A stretch of DNA of 48,268 nucleotides from an uncultured Verrucomicrobiae bacterium (GTDB lineage Bacteria; Verrucomicrobiota; Verrucomicrobiia; Limisphaerales; JAFGQR01). The translations under genes were made by a program, and so were the position numbers. A model generated the notes under the pieces. That model ran no database searches and was not told the DNA's origin. It worked only from the letters and a program-made list of their open reading frames with translations. The stretch lies in assembly GCA_963788655.1 (NCBI GenBank), contig CAWBHS010000063.1, forward strand, positions 1 to 48,268, in the 5' to 3' direction. Of the stretch, positions 39,592 to 48,268 are shown one piece after another (the first letter of the stretch is position 1; each line of letters begins with the position of its first letter).

Positions 39592-42500
39592 TTACGGCGC
39601 TTGCACGCCCACCCGATAGAAACGAAGCGGCGCGCCGGTGGCATTGGTGTCGGTGAAAGTGGTGGTTCCCGGCTGGCCGGCAACGTTCCTGGCCAGCGGT
39701 TGGAAAATTGGCGACGCCGACAGGTTCGTGCGGTACTCCAGGAGGTAATTCACGCCGGCAACACTCTCCCAGCCAACAGTCACGTTGTCACCGTCGGTCG
39801 AAAGCGGCAGCAACCGCAGCACGGAGAGGGCGTTGGTGGGATCGGTTTGGCTACGCCACTCCTGCCAATTGTTTAAGAGATCGTTGTCCGCATCGTTGAA
39901 GTCCGCGGAGCCGTCGGTGGGCAAACCATATTGTTGCAGCCAGGCGTACGAGATGACGCTGGAGGGAGATTGAAACTCGTACGCACCCAGGTCCACGGTT
40001 CCACCAACGAGGCGCGGATTTCCACCCAGGTCGCTGTTGCTGACCACTGCGGAGTTGATCCCGGTGTTGATGCAGGGCGAGTTGGGCTGCAGATGGAGGT
40101 TGCCGGTAGCATTGTCTGCAAAAAGAGGATTCAGATCGATATTGCCGGCGCCAGGTGGCAAAGGTGCAGCGCAGCTATAGCGAAGCATACTGCCTTGATC
40201 GTAGTTTTTGCCTATATTCTGATACAAGATGCACTGCATCAGCGTGCTGGCAGCCGCCCCGCCGATGCCAGCCGCTGAGTTGTCGCTGAGCGTGCAGTTG
40301 TTCAACGTACAGGTATGAACCCCGCCTCCCACGTAAGACGCGGAGTTGCCAGTCAGCGCGCAATTGTTCAGCAGGCTTGCGGAGGCTCCGCCGCCGTATT
40401 GCGATGAGTTGCTGACCAGGGTGCAATGGTTCAACACCCCGTTGTTCACCCCGCCCCCATAGCTGTAAGAACCCATGGCGGAATTGCGCGTGAAGGTGCA
40501 GCCAGAAAAGGTGCCGCCATACGCTCCCCCGCCGAATCGATTAGCCGCGTTCCCAGCCAGATTACAGTTCGTGACCATGGCGCCGGTCGATTCGCACCAG
40601 ATGCCACCACCGTTTTGTTCCTGATCGATGTCTCCCGACCGGCGAGTAGCGCCGTTCGTCAGCGTGAATCCGTCGAGTACGCCTCCGCTGGCCAGATACA
40701 CACACCGAACTGCTCCATCCCCGGTGAAGCCGAATGGTAATTGATCCCCTTGGATGGCAGTGACCTCGGGACCGTTCACACTCTGCACGACCACTGGTTT
40801 GTCCACTACGACGCGATTGGTCATCGCCCCGTACACCGCCCGTCCGCCGGCGGCATACACCCCGTTGCTCACCAGCACCAGTGCTCCTGGCACCAGCGCG
40901 GCATCGACCGCCTCCTGGATCGTCGCCGCCGCTGTGGCCCACGACTCGAACGGCCAGGTGGGCGTCATCGCACTGGTCGCCACATAATGAACTTCATTCG
41001 TCACCTGCACCGTCACTGTGGCGAGCGCGCCTTCCGGGTGGGTTTCATTCCAAGCCCGGAACTCGACGACGTACGTCCCGCTCATTGCCCAGGCGTGGCT
41101 GGCGAAAGGACGGTTGCTCACGATCACCCCATCCCCAAAATCCCAGGCGCTGGCGCTGACCTGGCCGTCAACAGCAGCCCGGAACGTCACCGGATAAGCC
41201 AAGGCGACATTCGTCCAGGCGGCGGCGACCGACACGTTCAACGGTCCGGTGGCTGCTCCGGGCCAGTATTCATCACACCCGATGGACGGCAGATTGCTCC
41301 AGGCTTCGCCATCGATATCCATAGCGGGAGCGGAGGCAGAAGATCCAGCGCCGATGCACGGGGAAACCGCGCTCAGATGCGATGCGCTGGCCAGTTGTGG
41401 TTCGAAAGTCACATTGCCCGTTCCGTCAGGAGGCAGTGGGGTGGTACAACAATAGTTCAAGGTGCCATCGAAGTAATTGCCCACCGAACCCGAACGTGCT
41501 GCGTTGTAGTAAAGGATGCAATTGTTCGCTGTCCCCTCCAACGTTCCGGCTCCATAGTCGCCGGAATTACCGGTGACAGTGCAATGGATTAAGGTTCCTC
41601 CATAAGCGCCGCCGCCATTCCGAGCCGAATTGCCAGTTAGTGCGCAGTTTTCCAGAGTACAGATCCAGGCCCCACCGCCCCAACTGGCGGCCACGTTGCC
41701 ATCTAACATGCATTGTCTTACGACGCTGGCGTAGGCCCCGCCGCCGGAGTCAGCGGTGTTGTTGACAAGCTTACACCGGTTTAACGTGCCAAAATATGCT
41801 CCCCCGCCGCCACCCGCCGCCGAGTTGCTTATGATCGTGCAATTGGTCACCACGGCATTGACCGATTCACACCAAATCCCGCCGCCGTTCTGTTCGGCAT
41901 CGTCGTCTCCGGTGTTTCGGGTAGCTCCATTGGTCAGTGTGAATCCGCTGAGAACTGCGCCATTGGCCAGATACACACACCGGATTGCTCCATCGCCGTT
42001 CGTGCTGCCGGGTACTTGGCAACCTTGGATGATGGTGGACTCGGACCCGTTGATACTGCGGACCACCATCGGCCGGTCCACCAACACCCGGTTGGTCATG
42101 GTGCCAACCGCCGCCCGCCCGCCAGTTGCATAGACTCCGGCCCCAACCAACACCTCCGCTCCCGGCACGCTGACCGCGTCAACAGCATCCTGAATTGTGG
42201 GAGCCGCCGTGGCCCACGAAGTGAACGGCCACACCGGCGCGCTGTTTCCGGCCATTACGTAGTGCCGCGGAGCTTCGATTACTTCCACCATGACAACGGC
42301 GCTCACACCCTCGGGGTTGTTGTGGTTCCAGGCTCTCAACGTTACTGGATACCATCCTGGGGCCATCCAGATGTGACTGACCAGAGGTCGATTGGTGCCC
42401 GAGGTGCCATCACCGAAGTCCCAAACGCTGGCGCGCGTTTGCCCCTCAATCAGGGCTTTGAAATCCACTCCATAACCGACAGATACTCTTGTGTAGGTTG

Positions 42501-45138
42501 CCGATACGCCCACCTTCAATGGCCCTGCGGGCTGGCCATATTCGTCACACCCAATGGATGGAGGATTGGCCCAGTCTTCCGCATCGATATCTGTGTCCGT
42601 GGTGTAGGTTCGGGAACCCGCTCCAATACACGGAGAAGTCGCGCCCAGATGTGACGAACTGGCCAGTTCCGGCGGAACATCGATATTGCCAAGGCCGCTG
42701 GAAGGCAACGGCGTGGTGCAGCAGAAGTTCAGAGTGCCGCCCGAGTAGTTGGCTTGGGGATCGGCACGCGACGAGTTGAAATAGACAATGCAATTCGTCA
42801 ATTTGCAGGAGTCCGTGCCGCCGCCAAATCGGCCTTGGGCCGAGTTACCGGTAATAGTGCAGTGGTTCAGGGTTCCCCATGCTGCGCCGCCACCTTGGGC
42901 AGCCAGGTTGCCGCTCAGCGCGGAGTGGTTCACCGTGGCGGCAAAAGCACCGCCCCCTTTGTCTGCGGCGACATTGTCTGTGAGGACACAGCGGTTCAAT
43001 GTGCCACTATAAACACCGCCTCCCGACAAGGCCCGGTTGCCAGTAAGCGTGCAATCGTTCAGCACGCCTTGATACACTCCCCCGCCGTGGGTAGCAGAGT
43101 TATCGATGATTACACAATGGTTCAACGCTCCATCATAGGCTCCGCCACCATAGGAGGAGGAGCCCAAAGCCGAGTTACCAACCAGCGTGCAGTTGTTCAG
43201 CGTGGCTTGACAGGAGCCGCCGCCGCTGGTGGCGGCGTTGGCTCTGAGCGTGCAATTGGTCACGACCGCCTGAGTGGATTCCCCCCACACGCCGCCGCCG
43301 CTTTCCTGCGGCCAATCGGTGGTGTGAGTGGCGCCGTTAATCAGCGTAAAGCCGCTTAAGACCGCGCCATTGGTCAAGTACACGCAGCGAACCGCCGCGT
43401 TGCCATTGGTGGTGCCCGGGATCTGGAAGCCTTGGATGATCGTGACTTCCGGGCCATTGACGCTCTGCACTACCAGCGGCTTGTCCACCGCCACGCGGTT
43501 GGTCAAGGTTCCATAAATGCGCTTACCACCGGTGGCGTATACCCCATTGCTCACCAGGACCAAATTGCCAGGAATCGACGCGTCCACGGCATCCTGAATT
43601 CGCCGGGCGGCTGTGGTCCAGGAATCGTACGGCCAGACCGGAGTCGGATTTGCCGCAGCCACATAATGCACGCCGCCCACCACCTGCATGATCATCTGCG
43701 TGCTGACGCCCTCGGGATGGTCCTCATTCCAGGCCCACAGGGCTATTGCGTATGTTCCCGGTAGTGTCCAGGTGTGACTCGCGTACGGCCGGTTGCTCAC
43801 CACAATTCCGTCGCCAAAGTCCCACGCGCTGGCGCTGGCGTCGCCTTCGATCCAGGCGCGGAAGTCCACGGCAAACCCGGTGGCCACGTTCGTCCAGGCG
43901 CTGGTCATCTGCACGCTCAGTGGACCTGAGGCTTGTCCGGCCCGGTATTCATCGCATCCGATGGATGGCGGATGGTTCCAAACGTCCCCGTCAATATCGG
44001 TGCCATTCGCATAGGCCGGATAACCAGCATGGCGGCAGGGAGAGATTTCACTGATGTGGGTGGTATCGGCAAGCTGAGGCTCGAGGTCCAAATTACCCAC
44101 GCCGCTGGACGGCAACGGAGCGGTGCAGGAATAGCTGAAGGTGCACTGGTAATGGTTGGAATCGGGACCCGAAGGCACCGTATTGTAATATAGAATGCAG
44201 TTGTACAGCCAACTGAATGACGCCCCGCCTCCCGATTGAGCGGCGGTATTCCCAGTGGCTGTACAATTTCGAAGGGTGCTCTGATGGGTTGCCCCACCGG
44301 AGTGGGCCGCCGAATTGCTGGTCAGCGTGCAATTGTACAACTTGGCCCAAGCTGCGCCGCCCCCTTGTAGTTTTGCGGAGTTGCCCACGATGGCACAGTT
44401 GCTCAACGAGCTGGAATACCCGCCACCACCATACGAAGCCAAGTTCTCCAGCAGGGCACACTGGCTCAAGGTACCCCGGTAACATCCCCCACCGTAGTAA
44501 TAGGCCGAATTCCTGACGAGTGTGCAGTTGGTCAGCAAGGCATTTTCCGATTCACACCATACTCCGCCGCCACTTTGACCTTCGTAAGGATTACCCCCAG
44601 TGCGGGTGGCCCCCTGGGTCAAAGTGAAGCCGCTCAGCACCGCGCCATTGGCCAAGTAAACGCACCGAACAGCAGCCTCCCCGTTGGTGAGACCGGGCAA
44701 CTGATAGCCTTCAATGACGGTTGCCGCCGGGCCGTTGACACTCTCGAGCAGAACCGGTTTATCCACCACCACCCGGGTGCCGGTTTCACGGACCACTCGC
44801 TTGCCGGTAGCATACACCCCATTAGTGACCACGATTTCATCACCAGCGTTGGCGGCGTCCACAGCATCCTGGATGGTGTGGGCGGCGGTGGGCCAACCAG
44901 TGAAAGGTGGGGTTGGAGCGGGGCTTTCCTGCCAGACGTAGAGCGTCCCCGCACGAATAGTCACGGTGACCAGCAAGCTGCACAGGAGCCAAAGCGGGAC
45001 GTAGCGAAAGAAAGTCCAGAGGATCCGGGGCAAAATCGGCTTGCTGGAAATGGGGTTGCGTTTGCGGTCCGCTAACGCAAGGGACCAAGAGCCTGTAGCT
45101 CGTGGCACAATGGCTGTTCTTCGGAGATTCGTCTTCAT
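39592..45138 (-). CDS. Giant secreted protein: 4x GGG-rich parallel beta-helix modules, 3x PKD, choice-of-anchor-Q-like region, C-terminal RFYRV domain
   Basis: Four TAA..IQ(D/E)AVDA / AVRCVYL.NGAVLSGFTLT.G / NC....NSA..GGG units; three WDFGDG PKD motifs; LHLQPNSPCINTG..DL.GNPR..GGTVDLGAYE. Confidence 0.9.
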   Translation of the reverse strand: MKTNLRRTAIVPRATGSWSLALADRKRNPISSKPILPRILWTFFRYVPLWLLCSLLVTVTIRAGTLYVWQESPAPTPPFTGWPTAAHTIQDAVDAANAGDEIVVTNGVYATGKRVVRETGTRVVVDKPVLLESVNGPAATVIEGYQLPGLTNGEAAVRCVYLANGAVLSGFTLTQGATRTGGNPYEGQSGGGVWCESENALLTNCTLVRNSAYYYGGGCYRGTLSQCALLENLASYGGGGYSSSLSNCAIVGNSAKLQGGGAAWAKLYNCTLTSNSAAHSGGATHQSTLRNCTATGNTAAQSGGGASFSWLYNCILYYNTVPSGPDSNHYQCTFSYSCTAPLPSSGVGNLDLEPQLADTTHISEISPCRHAGYPAYANGTDIDGDVWNHPPSIGCDEYRAGQASGPLSVQMTSAWTNVATGFAVDFRAWIEGDASASAWDFGDGIVVSNRPYASHTWTLPGTYAIALWAWNEDHPEGVSTQMIMQVVGGVHYVAAANPTPVWPYDSWTTAARRIQDAVDASIPGNLVLVSNGVYATGGKRIYGTLTNRVAVDKPLVVQSVNGPEVTIIQGFQIPGTTNGNAAVRCVYLTNGAVLSGFTLINGATHTTDWPQESGGGVWGESTQAVVTNCTLRANAATSGGGSCQATLNNCTLVGNSALGSSSYGGGAYDGALNHCVIIDNSATHGGGVYQGVLNDCTLTGNRALSGGGVYSGTLNRCVLTDNVAADKGGGAFAATVNHSALSGNLAAQGGGAAWGTLNHCTITGNSAQGRFGGGTDSCKLTNCIVYFNSSRADPQANYSGGTLNFCCTTPLPSSGLGNIDVPPELASSSHLGATSPCIGAGSRTYTTDTDIDAEDWANPPSIGCDEYGQPAGPLKVGVSATYTRVSVGYGVDFKALIEGQTRASVWDFGDGTSGTNRPLVSHIWMAPGWYPVTLRAWNHNNPEGVSAVVMVEVIEAPRHYVMAGNSAPVWPFTSWATAAPTIQDAVDAVSVPGAEVLVGAGVYATGGRAAVGTMTNRVLVDRPMVVRSINGSESTIIQGCQVPGSTNGDGAIRCVYLANGAVLSGFTLTNGATRNTGDDDAEQNGGGIWCESVNAVVTNCTIISNSAAGGGGGAYFGTLNRCKLVNNTADSGGGAYASVVRQCMLDGNVAASWGGGAWICTLENCALTGNSARNGGGAYGGTLIHCTVTGNSGDYGAGTLEGTANNCILYYNAARSGSVGNYFDGTLNYCCTTPLPPDGTGNVTFEPQLASASHLSAVSPCIGAGSSASAPAMDIDGEAWSNLPSIGCDEYWPGAATGPLNVSVAAAWTNVALAYPVTFRAAVDGQVSASAWDFGDGVIVSNRPFASHAWAMSGTYVVEFRAWNETHPEGALATVTVQVTNEVHYVATSAMTPTWPFESWATAAATIQEAVDAALVPGALVLVSNGVYAAGGRAVYGAMTNRVVVDKPVVVQSVNGPEVTAIQGDQLPFGFTGDGAVRCVYLASGGVLDGFTLTNGATRRSGDIDQEQNGGGIWCESTGAMVTNCNLAGNAANRFGGGAYGGTFSGCTFTRNSAMGSYSYGGGVNNGVLNHCTLVSNSSQYGGGASASLLNNCALTGNSASYVGGGVHTCTLNNCTLSDNSAAGIGGAAASTLMQCILYQNIGKNYDQGSMLRYSCAAPLPPGAGNIDLNPLFADNATGNLHLQPNSPCINTGINSAVVSNSDLGGNPRLVGGTVDLGAYEFQSPSSVISYAWLQQYGLPTDGSADFNDADNDLLNNWQEWRSQTDPTNALSVLRLLPLSTDGDNVTVGWESVAGVNYLLEYRTNLSASPIFQPLARNVAGQPGTTTFTDTNATGAPLRFYRVGVQAP

Positions 45139-45329
45139 TTTGGCATCATGTCCATGGCCCAACTATTTACCCACCAAACCACCAACCACCCCTTGCTCGC
45201 CTAACCGAAGCAACAAACGGAACTGCGTGGCTGGGATAATTACATATCAGATTCCCTTCAGGCGGGAAAGCAAAATTATCACTGCAGCGATGCTTTCAAA
45301 CAGGTATGGCGGGTTAATCGCCAGCTTCC

Positions 45330-45402
45330 GTAGCAGCCGACGTGAGCCGGCTCTAACTTCCTCGAACGCGGAAAGAGTGAGCGGACTCACGTCCGCTGCT
45401 AC
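45330..45402. repeat. REP hairpin (gtagcagccgacgtgag...ctcacgtccgctgctac)
   Basis: Inverted repeat of the same family as 5145-5214. Confidence 0.8.
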
Positions 45403-45667
45403 GCACCGAAGAAGAGTTGACGAGTGCCGGGGATTGGCGGGCGTTTTTCGGGTCAACGGCGAGGGCGCCGTTGATAGCGCCCGGGGCGGGCGCGCTCCCA
45501 TTCCGTTTAAATGGAAAAAACCGTACTAACGAGACTTGCCGTCGGAAGAATTGTTTCGCTGGCCGGTCGTGATCAGCGCATACCAGAGGCCTTCGATCAG
45601 CACCCGGAGCAGGATGCCGATCAATAGCAGGATGCGCCAGGCCAGGCAGAAGCCTTCGCCGACGTTG

Positions 45668-47477
45668 CTAATGATATTCCTGAAGCGTTTTGACGTCGTA
45701 ACCGCTTTTCTTCAGGGCGGCGATACCGCGGGCGGCCGCTTTGGCGCCGCTCAGGGTGGTCATGATCGGCGTGCCGGTGTAAACGGCCGTGGTGCGGATT
45801 TTGACTTCGTCGGCGCGCGGGTTTGGCCGGCGGGCGTGTTGATGACGAGTTGGATTTCCTTGTTCTTGAGCAGGTCAAGCGCGTTGGGCCGGCCTTCGGA
45901 CAAGCTTGAAAACGCGCTGCACCTTCAGGCCGGCTTTCTCCAGCACCGCCGCCGTGCCGCCGGTGGCGACCAGTTCAAATCCCAAGTTCGCAAACTGCCT
46001 GGCCACGGCCGCCACGTGCGGTCTTGTGCGCGTCGCTGACGCTGATGAACACGTGCCCGCTCGTCGGCAACGGCGCGCCAGCCGCCATCTGCGATTTGGC
46101 GTAGGCGATGCCCAGGTCCGCGTCCAGGCCCATGACTTCGCCGGTGGAACGCATTTCCGGCGAGAGCAAAATGTCCTGGCCGTGAAAGCGGTTGAACGGG
46201 AACACCGATTCCTTGACCGCCCAATACTTCGGCCAGATTTCCTCGGTGAATCCCAGTTCCTGCGAGCGTTTTGCCGGCCATGACTTTGGCCGCCAGTTTG
46301 GCCAGCGGCACGCCGATGGCCTTGCTGACAAACGGCACGGTGCGCGAGGCGCGCGGATTGACTTCCAGCACATAAACCATCTTCGTCCTTCACCGCGTAC
46401 TGCACGTTCATCAGGCCGACCACGTTCAATTCGCGCGCCATGGCGTGGGTGTAGTCGCGGATGGTGTCGATGACCTTCTGGCGAAAGCGTGTGCGGCGGC
46501 AGCACCATCGCGGCATCGCCGGAATGCACGCCGGCAAATTCGATGTGCTCCAGCATGCCGCCGATGACAATGTGTGCCCTGGGCCGGATCGTCGAAAAGG
46601 CCCACGTCCGCGATGCAATCCACGTCCACTTCGGTGGCGTCTTCGAGGAATTTGTCCACCAGCACCGGCCGTTCGCGGCGAAGCCTCGACGGCGAACCGC
46701 ATGTAGTGCTGCAGTTCGGCATCGGAATAAACGATCTGCATCGCGCGCCCGCCAAGCACGAAGCTGAGGGCGCACCAGCACGGGATAACCCAGCTGTCTT
46801 GCGAAGCGCCGAGCGCCTCGGCTTCGTTGGTGGCGATGCCGTTGGGCGGCTGCGGAATGTTCAGCTTGTGCAGCATCGCCGCGAAGAGCTTGCGGTCTTC
46901 GGCGATCTCGATGCTTTGCGGCGAGGTGCCGATGATGTTGACGCCGTTCTTCTGCAGGCCGAGCGCGAGGTTCAGCGGCGTCTGGCCGCCGAATTGGGCG
47001 ATGGCGCCCCAGCACTTCTCCCGCTCGTAAATGTGCAGCACGTCTTCCAGCGTGAGCGGCTCGAAATACAGCTTGTCGCTGGTGTCGTAATCGGTGGAAA
47101 CGGTTTCCGGATTCGAGTTCACCATGATGGTTTCAAAGCCGTCCTCCTTGAGCGCGAAGGCGGCGTGCACGCAGCAGTAATCGAACTCGATGCCCTGCCC
47201 GATGCGGTTCGGCCCGCCGCCGAGAATCATGACCTTCTTCGGTCGGAGGGCTTGCACCTCGTCGTCGCCGCGGTCGTAGGTCGAATAATAGTAAGGCGTG
47301 TAGGCCTCGAACTCGGCGGCGCAGGTGTCCACCAGCCGGTAGCTGGGAACCAGGCCGAGCTTGCTTGCGCTCGGCGCGGACTGCGTCTTCGGTTTGCCCG
47401 GTCAAATGGGCGATCTGGCGGTCGGAGAATCCGAGCGATTTGGCTTTGGCCAACAGATCTGCGTTCAAATGTGACAT
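45668..47477 (-). CDS. carB: Carbamoyl-phosphate synthase large subunit, C-terminal half only (multiple frameshifts)
   Basis: [69 protein letters not shown]; ends LQEYH* (TAG 45668-45670); ATG at 47477. Confidence 0.9.
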
Positions 47478-47591
47478 CGTGTTTCTGGCGAACCACCGCG
47501 GGCAGATGGGGCCGACGAAGGTCCGGTAAATTGGGGCGATACCATGCCAACCGCAGAACACGGTGTCAAAGGGAAAGGGGACTCGGAGGAA

Positions 47592-47851
47592 GTCCGAGGA
47601 CCGAAGGCCGAAATCCGAAGGAAATCCGTTAGCGTATTTCTGAAACAGATCGCTCCACACAGAATTTGGAGAGCTGCCTTTCACCGCCAAGGCACGAAGA
47701 GCGCAAAGGTCTTGCGTTCACGCCTTTGCGCTCTTCGTGCCTTGGCGGTGAAGAGAAGCCTGCCATGTGCAGTGACCAGCGCGACAGTCTTGAACCTTCG
47801 GGCTTCGGACTTCGGGCCTCTTTCGGTCTTCGGTCTTCGGAATTCGGATTC
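47592..47851. repeat. Inverted heptamer arrays (ccgaagg/ttcggtc) enclosing a perfect 30 bp hairpin
   Basis: 47680-47709 is the exact reverse complement of 47723-47752; ccga/tcgg 7-mers flank it. Confidence 0.85.
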
Positions 47852-47891
47852 TGGGCGGGAATGCTGCGAACGAAGCACCGAAATCAAACCG

Positions 47892-47967
47892 TGGTGGAGC
47901 CATGGGGAGTCGAACCCCAGACCTTCTCATTGCGAACGAGACGCTCTACCAACTGAGCTATGACCCC
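47892..47967 (-). tRNA. tRNA-Ala (anticodon CGC)
   Basis: GGGGTCATAGCTCAGTTGGTAGAGCGTCTCGTTCGCAATGAGAAGGTCTGGGGTTCGACTCCCCATGGCTCCACCA; 76 nt cloverleaf with G3:U70 and encoded CCA. Confidence 0.97.
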
Positions 47968-48099
47968 AAACCAATGCCGTTAAGTTAATGTCTGGCCAAC
48001 AGCGTCACAAGAAAAAATTCGTTGACTTTGGCATGGGAGGCAACGTAAATACATTGTAACGACAATGCATGGCCTTTGGATATACGAGCGGTGCGGATT

Positions 48100-48268
48100 A
48101 TGGACTTTGATTGGAACAACCCTCCATTCAACTTGAACGAGACTGTTTCGAGTATAAAGACATCGAAGAATCGTTTGAAAATCCGTTTGCTGTTCGGCTC
48201 CTGCCGGATTCACCGCGTTTCTCCGTTCAAGCCCGCTATTTCAATCTTGGGAATGTCGGCGGCGGGGA
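48100..48268 (+). CDS. BrnT-family toxin-like protein, partial (frameshift near 48150, runs off window)
   Basis: MDFDWNNPPFNL… then KDIEESFENPFAVRLLPDSPRFSVQARYFNLG, resembling the BrnT F.WD / E..F.DP / R...G pattern. Confidence 0.6.
   Translation, partial: MDFDWNNPPFNLNETVSSIKTSKNRLKIRLLFGSCRIHRVSPFKPAISILGMSAAG

Noticed and set aside
47892..47967. tRNA-anchored integrative element or prophage
   Set aside because: No duplicate of the tRNA 3' end, integrase or phage gene was found in the window.

Overview
GC-rich bacterial chromosome segment, inferred to be Verrucomicrobia (Pedosphaera/Limisphaera-like) from protein families and intergenic repeat types. Many genes carry single-base frameshifts, mostly +1, consistent with an unpolished long-read or MAG consensus. 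The backbone holds an ATP-grasp ligase/zinc-peptidase pair, a Phd-VapC toxin-antitoxin pair, a HEAT protein with a Gfo/Idh/MocA oxidoreductase, a sulfatase, phoU-phoB-phoR, an acyl-CoA dehydrogenase with ETF:quinone oxidoreductase, an AI-2E transporter, an OmpR-family two-component system, a giant beta-helix/PKD secreted protein, the C-terminal half of a split carB, tRNA-Ala(CGC) and the start of a BrnT-like gene. The standout is a ~15.6 kb minus-strand block (about 9313-24905) bracketed by an imperfect ~54 bp direct repeat. In transcription order it encodes an ECF sigma factor, a ~1440 aa PA14/TSP3-repeat protein, a HEAT-like protein, and a secreted Ig-like-repeat protein with an exchangeable C-terminal domain. 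These are followed by an array of small signal-peptide proteins, an unannotated remnant of another C-terminal tip, a second 939 bp copy of the constant region fused to a different C-terminus, and opgH. This is the architecture of a polymorphic toxin/immunity cassette locus, with a stalk and accessory genes that I cannot assign to CDI, Rhs, Maf, T6SS or T7SS. Toxin and immunity functions are inferred, not shown.
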